NCBI GenBank assembly: GCA_964035545.1
Contig: OZ037768.1
Span: forward strand, 19,513,700 to 19,577,699
Source: Bugula neritina
Taxonomy: Eukaryota > Animalia > Bryozoa
DNA: 64,000 nt
Reading direction: 5' to 3'
Below the pieces are notes generated by a model. It worked only from the letters and a program-made list of their open reading frames with translations, was not told the origin of the DNA and made no database searches. The translations under genes were made by a program, and so were the position numbers. Each line of letters opens with the position of its first letter. Position 1 is the stretch's first letter. This document shows positions 34,831-49,500 of the stretch, piece after piece.

Positions 34831-35711
34831 GTTCTGTGTTGATTTTGTCTCACAAACTTATAGCTTGTATTTTTTTACTATAATGTTATAGCTTTGTTTA
34901 AAATTATATTTCGTGTATTTGTATACATTGATTAATTTCCAAGGCTATTACACTAAATGATTTTTACATTCAGTTTTACTACATCAGCATTTCATGCTTT
35001 TTTAATTTTTTTTCTTCATACTAATAGTTTTAGTCTCACTACTAACATTGGTTTGTTCATGCCTCATAACATAAGTACTTGGCCTCTCTGATATTAACTT
35101 TAGGTTCAATCGTACTTTCAATTTAGTTATTTAAGATTAACAATTAACTGCTTTCCAATTTGAATATTATTCAATCATAATGAAAAATGCAATTTCCAAA
35201 TTAAAATACAAGTCCGCTTTAATTTATGGTCAACACCTACCTTCGGGTTGGTGTTGATGTACGAGCCAAATGTTAATGTAGTGCTGAAAGTTTGTTTAAA
35301 CAAAAGTAAAATTTAGCGTAACTTTCAATTCGTACGTTCAACATTAAGGACGCCTATTATTGGCCTTTTTTGGACACACCCTAGCCTCCTCCCGCTCCCT
35401 CTCACCCGCATTTGTTGTCCGCTAGTACTAGTAGCCTTTGTAAAACTAAATTTGAAGTGAAATTATTAGTATGATTTTGGTTGTAATCAATATGAATATT
35501 TCAGGTGTAGACTGAGACACTCACATAGTCGCTTGCTATTGTTAGTATGAGTGTAGTTATTAACTAATACTAGTATCTATTCAATTTCATTGATATTATT
35601 TAGTTTTAGTTTATATTATTAGTGTTGATTAAAAAAAGCATCTCTAAACTTCCAATTGCTTTTTATTTTGTAGTAAGAGCCTCTAAACAAAGTTGTAGTA
35701 AAGAAATTCCC

Positions 35712-37456
<1,745 letters not shown>

Positions 37457-37907
37457 ACTCTTAGAAACTAAACTCTTCAGTTGGCTCATGAACTTCATAT
37501 TATAGTTACTGTTTTAAATCTCACGCTATGTTGCAAGCCTCCCTGTGCTAGAATGAATGCTTATGAGGATAATTTGTGCACACTGTATTCTGGACTTTTC
37601 TTCATTAAACACATTTCCTTTTTTCAATTTTTCACTACATCATTATAATGTTAGGAATGTAAGCTTTTCTGCATTGTCATTCACTGCTTGAGATTCTTGA
37701 TTAGGTAAATAAACTCCTTTGTATTGTATATAGTTTATTCTCATGTCATGATCACCTTCATCTCATCAAATACAGTACATTACCAATACACTATGTAATA
37801 AATGCTTGTTTTACAAGAATAAGTTTTGGAAATGCCTGAAATTAATTCTCTGCATAATAAACTGATTAAAAGTAAATATCATTTTGAATGTTGAACAATA
37901 ATCAAGA

Positions 37908-40900
37908 TCAGAATTTCCCTTTCCTTCTTCTCCCTGTGTACTTTGAGTCTGCTCTGACATCCCTGGAAAAGAAACATCAAATCAATTACATGTAAAAGCT
38001 ATGGGAGTGCCCACTTTGATGGAGCAATCTATTGATGCTGAGCCTAGATTTGTTGAATTGAATAGATTGACTTGGGACAAAGTTTTACATTTTATTACCA
38101 TCACCTAAGTGGCAATATGCTAGTAAAAACCACTGCAGTTTTACTCGAAAATAGTTTAATCTCTCTTTAGAGGGGAGATTTTGAGTTGGCTTATACACCA
38201 TAGAATATCTCAGATTTGATAAACATCTATCAGAAGAGTTTTGCACCATTAATGAGGACTATATATAAGATACATTTAAAAAGTTTCTAGGCAGAGTTAA
38301 TGGAAACAAGATACAACAGATACAGAAAATGCAACACTCAAAAATCAACCCCAGTTTATGCTTTTCAAGATCCATTTGTAGCAATAGCATGTGCTCATTG
38401 AAAAACAATCTCAAATTATGTGTAAAAAATAAAATTGTCATGAAGGATGAAAGCTGCCGTGGTCTAGGGGTTAGAGCGTTTGCCTAGTATGCACGAAGTA
38501 ATGGGTTTGAGCCCCAACAAAGGCCATTGGTGATGCTATGAAGAACATCCAGTCATAATTGCTCCTGTGCCATATATGAATAAGTCCTTAGTTCTATTTA
38601 ACAAAAGCCCTTCCATCAGGAGTTTCTCACAGGGATGGTGAGTTTTTATGAAGGATCGAAGCTATCAACCTTGGCAGTAGTAGTAGTAAAAGTTTCAGTT
38701 TCCTCTGAATTTGGTTAACACTAAAATTCATGGTCAGTTATTCTCTGATAGTAGCAGAGTTACTTATATTATGGGCTTTAAAATTTGACTTCTCATCAAC
38801 AATTATGTGTAGGCTGGCAAAAAGCTAAGCTGATAACTTACTTTCCCTGTCGCCTACCGCGTTCCTTTTTGTCTAATATCCATTGTTTACTTTTTTTCAA
38901 TGGTTTTCTTTCCTTGCCACCACGAGTTCGGGTCCTAGAACACATTGAAACACAAGACTTACAACAAACAATCTTATGACAACTATCTACTCAACACAGC
39001 AGCGATATGTCCAAAGAACTGTAGAAGACAACTCCTAACATCATAAGATTACCTCCTGTTTTCATACTGGACTGATCTATCTTCTGTAGTCTGACCAGTT
39101 CCAAGAGCTCTAGGCAGGGCAGGAGGTGCTCCACCAGTAAACAAGCACAAATATATCCTGCAAAGCAAACTTTATACAGTTAAAACTAAAACAAAAATAT
39201 TTTGGTTGGGAATACATATTTTTAGGATTTACCATCAACATACAAGGACATCTGTAATGATTAGTAACTTTTCTTTTACCTTTCAATTTTAACAAACTGT
39301 TTGAAAAAGATATTTCTAATAAGAAACACGCCCCTCTTATATTGTAGAATTTACTATCAATTGCATGGTGATATAACAAAGTACTATGTAGCAGAATGTC
39401 AGCAATACAAGCCAAGCCAAACATTGATACGATCTGTTAAAAGTGAGTTAACCTTTAATTTTCCGATTAGTTGTAATCAAAACTAGCACCTAAAGTGTAT
39501 AACTAGCAACTAAAGTTCATAGTAGCAATTGTAGCATTGAATGCTAGCATAGTGTATAACTAGTAAATTAAGTATATAACTAGCAACTAAAGTGTATAGC
39601 TAGCAACTAAAGTATATAACTAGCAACTAAAGTATATAACTAGCAACTAAAGTATATAACTAGCAACTAAAGTATATAACTAGCAGCTAAAGTATATAAC
39701 TAGCAACTAAAGTATATAGCTAGCAACTAAAGTATATAACTAGCAACTAAAGTATATAACTAGCAACTAAAGTATATAGCTAGCAACTAAAGTATATAAC
39801 TAGCAACTAAAGTATATAACTAGCAACTAAAGTATATAACCAGCAACAGAGGTATAGAATGCTTATCCCAAGTAACCACTTACTTTTTAGCTTTTGAGCT
39901 GTGAGGGTAATCAATCACTAGTCCACCAGTGAACCCAGATTTCATAGCTTGCTGTGTGATGAACTCCAACTAATAATGAAAAAAAAATGGTATTCATGAC
40001 TATCTAGCTCCATCATAGAAGTGCAAAATGAAAAATATCTTCATATGATTGTTCCATTCAGCAAGCATATAGAATATATATAATTTACAGTGTATTGCAT
40101 GTAGGGAGCAGCTGGCCTAGTAAACATGAGATTAATAGTTCAAGTAAAGGCTATTAGTGATGTTAGGAAGGGTATTCAGTCATAACTGTTAGGAAGGCCT
40201 TAGCCTGATTTAAAGAAGCCCTTTTCATCCGGGTTCTCACGTGGATAGCAACTATAAACTGGCGTGGGTGTTATACATTTTATTGCAAGTAAACTAGAAG
40301 CTACGTTGTGATAGTTGTGATAGTTATTCAGTACATTGACAACACAGTGCTATACAAGTAACTTACACATAAATTTCATCCAAAGAACAAAAAACAATGA
40401 GGCATTATCGATAACTTACTTGCTGGCTATTTTCCGGATATAATTGAAATACTGCTCTTGCACCACGGGTCTGTAAAACACAACATAATAAAAGACACAG
40501 AAATGGTAAAGTGGTACAAAATAAAAACATGTACAGTAGATACTAGATAGAGATAGTAAGTAAATGTAGGTAGTGAATAGATAGAAGGTTGTCACTTAAT
40601 AACTGGACATTGTTTTACTAGACATCTAATGGCAGTAGTCTTATTTGTCACTAGTTGGAGCAATGATAGATGGTATATGTCTAGAATATAACTAAAGTCA
40701 ACCTGTTAATAATTTTATATTAAATATTACAATAATTGCTGTTACTAGATGAGAATTATCAGAAGGTGTTTCAAAGTGTTGTGTGAGAACCAGTGAAATA
40801 AAATGTCAAAATTTGATTTCAGTTTCACGTTTCATAGACTGTCTCAGTAAAATGTGAAGACATTAAATTAAAAAAATTCTGATTTGCTTCACAGCAAAAT

Positions 40901-43844
40901 TATGTTTTTTCTAAAGATTATGTAATCCCTGCCATCGATACTTGTAATTTTAAATTTATGTTCAAGTTCAACACTTTCATAGGGTTTACATAAAAAGACA
41001 CAACCTTCAGCTTGCTTCATTAAAACCAAAAAGCACCAAGTTAGAAAAGAAAGGGTTTCTTTCCACTTACTAGACAACTGTATAAGGTGGTGAAAAATGT
41101 TGCCATTCTTTTACCAGGTTTGTGTGTTTTCTTGTCTACATTACATAACCATTGAAGAGCTGATATGCTACAAATATAATCATTATACTGCAGTTATCCA
41201 CAGCAAACATTCTGCAGTTTATTCGGGAGTTAAAAAACAACAAAATAGTTTAGAATCTTCTGATAATTTTACAGTGTGCTGAAAATCAATCTATTACTTG
41301 TCTTACAATAGTATAATAGTAGAAAACAGGCTTGTCAAAAATGATCAGTCACGTCCTAGAAAAAACTAAAAAGATTTGTTCAACACCATTACCGAATTTT
41401 TACCCACATCATGGCAATTCAAAGTACCCAAGTACATGGTTAAATTGTGGGATATCAACATTACAGCAAAATGTTGATACTATGACTGAATGCTGCAGTA
41501 GCATTGAAATGTGTACCATTACCTGACGCAACCATCAAACGTGCCTGCCCTGAATGGCATGCCTTGTCCCATATCACTTAACATCAAATCTCCAATAACT
41601 TGACTTTCTACTGCCACATCTAACATGCTTTGACTAATGTCGACACCAACCCAATAGTGTCCATGTGAAGTTATTGCGTCACCTAATAAAACTATACAGT
41701 CTATACCAAAATATTCCCACCAATTAGGATTAAGGAATTGTGGATCTTGCCAGTTAAATCATGCTACGATTAAGACTAAATTCATCCAATTGCTGTGGCT
41801 ACTTCAATTGACTGCAAAAAATATTTTGCGACAGCTTTTTGAAAAATCTTATAAATGAAAGCTGTGATATGGCCGATTATGCAGAACCTCAGAAAATTAC
41901 TTTATACAATGATGTGTAGGGTTATTAGCTAATTGCTGTAGTGTATTTGGCTGCATATTGCTAAGCAAGTAGTAGGTGTTACCTCTGGTAACAAAGCTTC
42001 ACTACACCAGATAGAGTGTAAGGCTTCATTTGGGTCATTTTACCTAATTTAGTACACACTGGAAATCTCCAGTTTTTAGCTATTTTTCACAATTTAGCCG
42101 CTAATTAACATGGTTTTTGCCCAAAACTAGTAAAATATCAATAAATACACCTAAATAATCAAGGTTCTTCTTAATTGTGCTTGATTTTCCATGTTTTTTC
42201 CTATTTATTTAGCTAATTTGGATTGCGGACCTTTACGGTTTTTTAGTAACGGTCTGCAATCAAAAGAAGCTGAATAATTAGGAAAAAAACATGGGAAATC
42301 AAGCAAAATTGAAAATAACCTTGATTATTTAGGTTTATTTATTGATATTTTACTAGTTTTGGGCAAAAACCCATGTTTATTAGCGGCTAAATTGTAAAAA
42401 ATAGCTAAAAACTGGAGATTTCCAGTGTGTACTAAATTAAGTAAAATGACCCATTTACATTCATAGTCAACTGTTGGATCCAACTAACGCATGCTATTTA
42501 CTACTACAGTATATTTTACGATAAGTCTGGATAAGTCTGAATAGACGGAGAAAGAGTTTACCACTAAGACCAGAGCCACACCCAACATCCAGAAGGTAAG
42601 CAGGCGTGTCTTCAGGTAATGCCAGTAATTCTATAGCCCTTTCTGTTAGCTGACTTTGTATCTCCATCATACGAGAGCTGTAAATATGAAAATAGCGAAA
42701 TATGAATATAAAATACTGGAATAGAAAAAGAAAATATCTTCGCCCACACCACAATGGAGAAATTGATATTCATTCAAAACAGTTGAACATAAATATGAAA
42801 TCTAAGTCACCAAAGTGTTTATAACCAATGTGCAGCAAATATATTACAGGAGTCACCTATATTAACTCAGTACTGCTCAGTCACAGTTATTATATTGGTG
42901 AAAATATAAAACTCACAACATGCTTAGTTAAACAAAAATTTGAGAGGGTAATATTCATTAACAAGTAGTAAGTAGGCTACCTCTAAATGCCCAGTAATGA
43001 GATTTTTACTCTAAATGAAGATTTAAATAATGTGCCAAGATATGACAAAACTGGGCCCATTTTCTTCTATGAAATCAGCTATACACCCACTACATGCCGC
43101 AAAACAAGAGCAAATGGTGAATTAATCTTTTAGAGTTTTACTGTGGCTCAAAATTAATACTAAATGAACTAATCTCAATTACTGTGCATGCAAGCAACAA
43201 CCAATCAACAAATTAATCTCTTACTAAAAGTAAAATTGCTAACATAAATACTATAATAAAAGGAAACAAAATAATATTTCTAAATATTTTGTAAATGCAG
43301 TGCTTAATCTTACAATAATGATGAAAATCAGTTGAAAGCACATTACAATAACTAACACCTTCTATTCTTTCTCATTGGTTATAAATAGAAAATTGTGTCT
43401 AGATATTTCTTTACACTTTTAATACATAAAAAATTGTAGTTTTTAGAAGAAGGTTAAATAAGCTTACCTATCGGCATATTTCCTAGCTTCTTTTTCATTG
43501 TAAAACTAAAAATAATAATTAAAATAATCATGTATAGAAAAAGGTCTTTCGTTCATTTTCCAAAAGAAACTTCATTTATAGTAAATAATCTGAAACTATT
43601 CCACAAATAATATTATCAATAAAACATTAGCAACCTGAAAACATGTAATTATAGATGTTTCCAAATAAACAATTTAATGATAATAATTTTAATCGGATTA
43701 AAATCCATATTACTTTCACCTTAACCTTTACTCTCAACTTTTAACCGTGACGCTGGCTTTAATTTTAAGCTTAGCTCACAAGTTGCAAAAACTTACAATT
43801 TCAGGAGGAGCTGTATGTTCAGGTCTTCTACTTGAAGATGCCAT
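37908..43844 (-). CDS. BUD23: 18S rRNA m7G methyltransferase BUD23/WBSCR22, 282 aa
   Basis: Exons 43844-43797, 43505-43468, 42677-42562, 41682-41523, 41167-41071, 40470-40420, 39969-39884, 39157-39053, 38934-38842, 37962-37908 (849 nt). Motifs [72 protein letters not shown]. Confidence 0.96.
38452..38688 (+). mobile_element. tRNA-derived SINE in BUD23 intron (antisense to gene)
   Basis: A-box-like TGGTCTAGGGG, B-box-like GGTTTGAGCCC, a non-tRNA body and an (AGT)4 tail. A related decayed copy lies at ~40103-40263. Confidence 0.75.
39481..39848. repeat. 20-bp minisatellite in BUD23 intron
   Basis: AACTAGCAACTAAAGTATAT tandem copies, degenerate at the left end. Confidence 0.93.
40103..40263 (+). 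mobile_element. Decayed second copy of the SINE family
   Basis: AAAGGCTATTAGTGATGTTAGGAAGGGTATTCAGTCATAA and AAGCCCTTTTCATC..TTCTCAC..GGAT align with 38519-38640. Confidence 0.6.
42032..42452. mobile_element. Fold-back MITE with ~200-bp near-perfect arms
   Basis: GGGTCATTTTAC.TAATTTAGTACACACTGGAAATCTCCAG... is mirrored at the right end. GGG...CCC termini are flanked by ATTT on both sides (42028-31, 42453-56). Confidence 0.9.
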
Positions 43845-43984
43845 GTTGTTGGTACAAAATATACAAAGATCACAAACACTTAGTCGTATACCAAGACTTA
43901 TAGTAAAGTTACAAGATCAAAAGTGTTAATTTTACTCCGACTATCTTTTTGAAGTTGATGAACTTGAACTTCTTCTTTTTCTAA

Positions 43985-45070
43985 AAACATTAGCACTAGA
44001 ATTAGTCTAATCACCAATGAGTAGCAGCATTATAATTTTATTCGATGATAGATCGTCATCTACTAATTGTCTAATATCATTACTAGTAATTGTAAACTCT
44101 AAATGTAAACAGTGAAGCTATCAGTATAAGTAGACCAATCACTAGTGTTAGTACTACTACTAGTACTAGTACTAATCAGTATCGTAATAAAATAAAATCA
44201 TAATCTTCAACTTATTACTTATGTTTCATCAAAATGAGTTATAGGTAGTAATTACTATGTCTATTAAGTATTAGTCTATCATTACTGATTACAAGTATTA
44301 GTATTATCATTAGTATTAGATTTAGTCAGCCACTCAAGATTCATTCACTTGACAATTTAAATTCATGATTCAAATTTTGGGTTTTACTGTAACCACTGAA
44401 ACTACAAGTAATGAAATATAGGTATTCCTAGGTTACACATTAATGATCAACTATCACTATCTTAATCTAGGGCTATAAATAAGATAAAGTTAAACTTTAG
44501 GTAGCAGTACCTATAACGTTATTATAACTATTACTAAACTATAACTATAAATAACTATAAGCCAAAGGCAAATGTTAGCATAAACTCAAACTAAGTTAAG
44601 CATATAATTATATTAATATTTAAAAGAAAAACTGATACTGATCCCGAAAGCTAAGCCCCACGTCTAGACTGAGACTTTAAAGCCAAAGGCTATGAGTATG
44701 CCTATACTAATACAGTATACAGGCTATACTAAAAGGAAAAATCAAAGCTGAGTTAAGGCCAAAATGAAAGTCAAAGTGAAAGTCCTTAATAATAATAGTT
44801 AAGAGTAATACTAATAGTAATAGACAATCACAATAGTATTACAATTACTATTAGTAGTCAAAGTGAAAGTCAGTAACTGTAAGAATAAGCGTAACAATAA
44901 CACTAACAGTAAGCGTAACTGAGACGGTAAGTAAAAAACTAACCCTTACACTTTACAGTTACCGAGTAGTTACTCTAACATTACAGACTAAGAGTAAGAT
45001 TAAGACTTAGACTAAGAGTAAGAGACGAGTGGAAGGCTGAAAGGAGTGAGTTGAAGATAATTATTCAGAA
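43985..45070. repeat. Degenerate hexamer-periodic tract in the inferred BUD23 5'-UTR intron
   Basis: 44872-44919 agtaac tgtaag aataag cgtaac aataac actaac agtaag cgtaac; 44987-45022 actaag agtaag attaag acttag actaag agtaag. Minus-strand acceptor gctaatgtttttag| at 43981. Confidence 0.7.
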
Positions 45071-45397
45071 TGAGAATGAAAATCAAAATATGTTAAATCA
45101 TAGAAACGGTTGTGCGGATAAAAGCTTGCGCTTAAAGCTCCCTGCGTTATTATAAGTATCTGGTAGATATTTTTAATATTCAAGCAATCGACAATGCCAA
45201 CGTGAATATCAATATTATGTTAAACTTAATGTAGTTAGTCACAATCATAATGATAATGTACGTATCTACACTTCTAGTACTCGCGTTCAATAATACATGC
45301 TGTTTCATCGACGTCTAGAGTATTTTCCTTTTTGTAACTAACGCATATTATGAAGACATCACGCATATCCCGGATATTCTACAGCGGCCATGATGCT

Positions 45398-45411
45398 GTT
45401 GTCTTGGCAAT
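45398..45411 (+). promoter_or_regulatory. RFX X-box-like motif at the CFAP251 promoter
   Basis: GTTGTCTTGGCAAT resembles GTTGCCATGGCAAC. It lies just upstream of a candidate non-coding-exon donor (AGG|GTAGGT, 45484) of a motile-cilia gene. Confidence 0.55.
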
Positions 45412-46563
45412 CTAAAAGCGACCAAGTACAATATCGTACAAATATTAAATACATTATTTCAATATCATGTAACTGTTTAGTAGGGTAGGTTTGTGAGCTA
45501 AAATACTGTTAGTTTTTTTGCTCAAATTACTTTGCACAGAAATATTTTTATTTTGACATTTTGTGCAGATTGTAACTAATAATACTACATCTAGTTATAC
45601 GGTCTACTTAAATTCTACTGTCTATTTTAATTTAAAATTGAAGTTGAAGTCGGTATGACCTAAACATCTTAATTACGATTGTGCGCATACAAAAATATAA
45701 AGCATAAAATAAAAAATTAAACACTGTTTTAAAATGTGAAGTGAAATCTCGGGCTGTAGACTTAGGAATAAAAGTTATGAAATCCAATATTTACAGTAGT
45801 TACACTTACTGCTTAGTCTTACAGCATTAGTTTTTTCTCATCTATTCTCACCTATCTTCGCTTTGTCTTATTTGGGTAGCGGGAGTGATGAATGATTATA
45901 ATTAAATCAATTATTGCAATTACCCATAACATAAATAAAGTAGAACAGTTCAATTTCACATTAGTCTAAGCAGTATAATATTGGTTTGCTGTTTACTAAA
46001 ATATAAAGTAATAAGATTAAGATATTTTTGATAAAAATGAAGATGATTGGTAGATTATAATACTATTGGTATTGCTGTTTCTGAGCTGAGCTTATAATGT
46101 TTTAATATAATGTCACTAGTTCAACTTACTATATTTTGTGGCTCCTATAAGATTAACAGTCTGTGCGATGTATTAGCTTGTTTATATAGCTTAAAGTTAT
46201 TTTGTTTTTTATACTAATATAGTTTTATCAATATCAAGTGTAAGTTTTATTTGTCTTATACCAGTCATTTAATTTTGTTTTAGTAGCTCATATTAATTGG
46301 ATCTGTATCATTATTAAAGTGCTTGCTTTAAAAGAATAAGTCAGCATCATTAGCAAACAAGATGATATTAAATGTAATTTAAACTTTTTTACATATATGT
46401 GAAATAGCAGTTAGCTACATAATAATGAAACTTGTTGGATTATATATTAGCATGCTTTATTGAAACACATGATTCTTGAACATGTATTTAAGATGAATCC
46501 TAATGAATAATATGAATGTTTGAATATTTTTGAACACTCTTACTAATCATTTTTGTTTTAAAG

Positions 46564-49500
46564 ATGGCTGATCAAAGTGCTACCCCTCCTCCAAAAGACA
46601 CCGTCACTACTAGAACACCGACTCCAACTTCCCCTGTAGCTATTTCTGCTGAAGACCAAAATCAGCCAGTCATCCAAGATGGTGCTGCAAATGAAGAGTC
46701 AAAAGTGGGTGCAGACGAAGTTGCAACAGATGCAACTCTTACTACTGCTGCCCAAGAGGAAGCTCTAAAGGAGACAGCTTCAGAAGATAAAATTGAAAAT
46801 GATAAATTGACTGAAAATGTAACAGAAACGAAAGGTTTGTTTGGTATACCTAAGTAATTTATTAAATGTTACATTTTGAGCATAAGTATATATAAAAAGA
46901 GTTGGGTTTAGCACAATGTCTAGATATGTGTGCTGTTATTTTTAGTTGAGGATGGCGTGGAAGGACAAGAAAAACTAGATGAAGCAAATTTATCAACAAA
47001 ATCTGCTGAAGAAGGCAGTGCAGTAGTTGAAAGTCAATCTCAAGAACCTGATCATATTGCTCCTACTGTTGAAACTAATCCGAATACTGAAAAAGTTACG
47101 GAAACAAGTGAAAGTGCTGCCTCAACTGCCAATGAGGCAGCTGTAACTGACGAGCCTCCAGCAGCTAGTGGGGCAGAAGTGGGTGGACCTGACCCAGCAC
47201 AGAAAGAAGAAAGTCTGGTAATCAGTGAAGCACCTAAACCTGGAACTCCTGCTGAGCCGACAAAGTCTGATCTGGATGGGCAGACAACTCTTGCTGAACC
47301 TACCAAATCTAACTTGGAAGGGCAGACAACTGCTGATGAAGCTACTGAAAACTTTGAGTCAACAACTGATGCTTCAAAGGCTGATATTAGCTCATCAGTA
47401 GACACACCATTGACTGACGGGACAAAGGCCTTGACCCCTATTACAAAGCCTGTGGAGCCAATTCCTGAGGGTTCCAAGCCAGCATCACCTCAAGATCCTA
47501 AGTCTACCACGCCTCAACATGAGGTTGAACCGATTGCACAGCAAGCTGAAGGCACTAAATCTACCCCACCCCAAATTGATGGTAACAAACCAGTTACACC
47601 ACAGGCATCTGAAAAAGGTAATTCATCATTAGGTTGTTATAGCTTGATCTTCTTCCTAAGAATTGGCAACTAGCAAAAAGAAGAGTTTCAAAATATCTTA
47701 CCAAAGTATTAAATTGCATATAAATGGCAAATTGACATTAATTTATTGTTTGTCAGAAGCCCCAAAAGTAAAACAGTTCTCAGATATAATTAATATAACA
47801 ATTTGCATTTCACTCACATTCTGAAATGCTTAAATGGAATATCATACTCTGAAATATATTGTATTGCACTGCATTGATACTTGACACAGCATGGTATACT
47901 ACTGCAGGTAATCTTAGTGCAGCCACTTCACCCACTAAAACCTTGAACCCTCAAGTTAGTCCCACACCTCCACCAACAGCTCAGACAGTAGATCCCCTGA
48001 GTGTACCCTCTACTCAACCCAAGCCTCCCCCTGTAACTGCATCCTCTCAGTTGGGTCAAGAACCCTCCACTCCAAGCTCACCCCAAAAAACCGCTCTCTC
48101 CATGTTATCTGAGGCGGATGAGGCAAATATCATCACTGGTAATGCATTGGTGAGTAGCTAACCAGCAGTAAAGTAGTAAGAGACTAAAAGAGGATACTAG
48201 TAGTCAGCTAGTTCTAAACCAATAGTCAATTGATAATACACTAGAAGTAAACCAGGAGTAACTAGAAGTGAGGTAGTAATAAACTAGTAGTGAACTAGAA
48301 ATGAATTAGCAGTAAATTAGTAGTGATAAACTAATAATAAACTACGAGCAAAAATTAAGTCAAATATTAAAGGTGCTGAATAATATTATATTATTTGAAA
48401 GAGACTATGTTTTAAACGTCTTGCAGCTAAAGTGTGTGCTTTAATTATGATATTAGAATAACCACTTACAACAATAATGTAATACAATTATATGATGCCA
48501 TAATTAAATACAGATTTTACTGAACATATCATTACTTCCAATTTTACACACTAGCACATACACGTACGTAAATGGCATTTGTTATTGTATAAAATATCAA
48601 TGGGCCTTATAGAATCACAACGATCCACATTTTATTTTTTAAAGTATAGTCAATCTTATAACACCATAAAATATGAGGCAGCTTTTTCAATTTACTATTA
48701 GTGCATGCAGCAATGTTACATATTACAATGATCCTTTATGAATTGTTAGAACATGGTGTGGTCATTCGGACTGAACAAAGCCATACCGATGGTAAACTTG
48801 AGCACTGATTCCAGATCCATCATCATGTATGCATGCGCCCATACAGGAATATGCTATAACTTTGAAAATAACACACAAAAACTTCTGCAAGGTCATGTAA
48901 GTGCATGGTGAATTTATGAGCTGAAAATTACCTACATGTTTTTTACAATATTATAAAAGTACTGTATTTGTGCTGTTGTTTTTAGAATAACAACATATCT
49001 AGCATATGTGTCAGTGAAGACAAAAGATGGTTGGCCACTGCTGACAAAGGACCTAACAACTGCATGGTAATCATATGGGATACAAACACTTTGTAAGTAG
49101 ATTACAACTTTGGATACAAGTTGATGAAACACACTACATTAATCTTTGTGACAGGTTAACAAATAAGTTGCAAATTAAGTACTGATGTTTTGCAGTTTCC
49201 CAGTACAAACAATTTTTGATGCTGGAGATCAAGGTGTCTTGGCTCTAGCTCTGACACCTGACGCAAGGTACTTGGCGACAATCAGTGCAGGTTCACCGCA
49301 GGTGCTCTGTATATGGGACTGGACCATAGAGGGGGATACTGCACTTTGCTCTGCAACACTGAACCCTTCATATGGCGTTCAAAACTTTGTGCTGTTCAAC
49401 CCAGATGACACGACGCAAATCGTGAGCAACAGTGACTCTCAAGTCATCTTCTATGCTTGGGTAAGACTGTTAACTGTCCACAGCATATTCGTGTCTAATA

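Noticed and set aside
43985-45070. Periodic tracts as decayed interstitial TTAGGG telomere arrays
   Set aside because: The period matches, but GGG/CCC is largely absent, the pattern is strand-symmetric and the unit drifts locally. Not supported, though not formally excluded.
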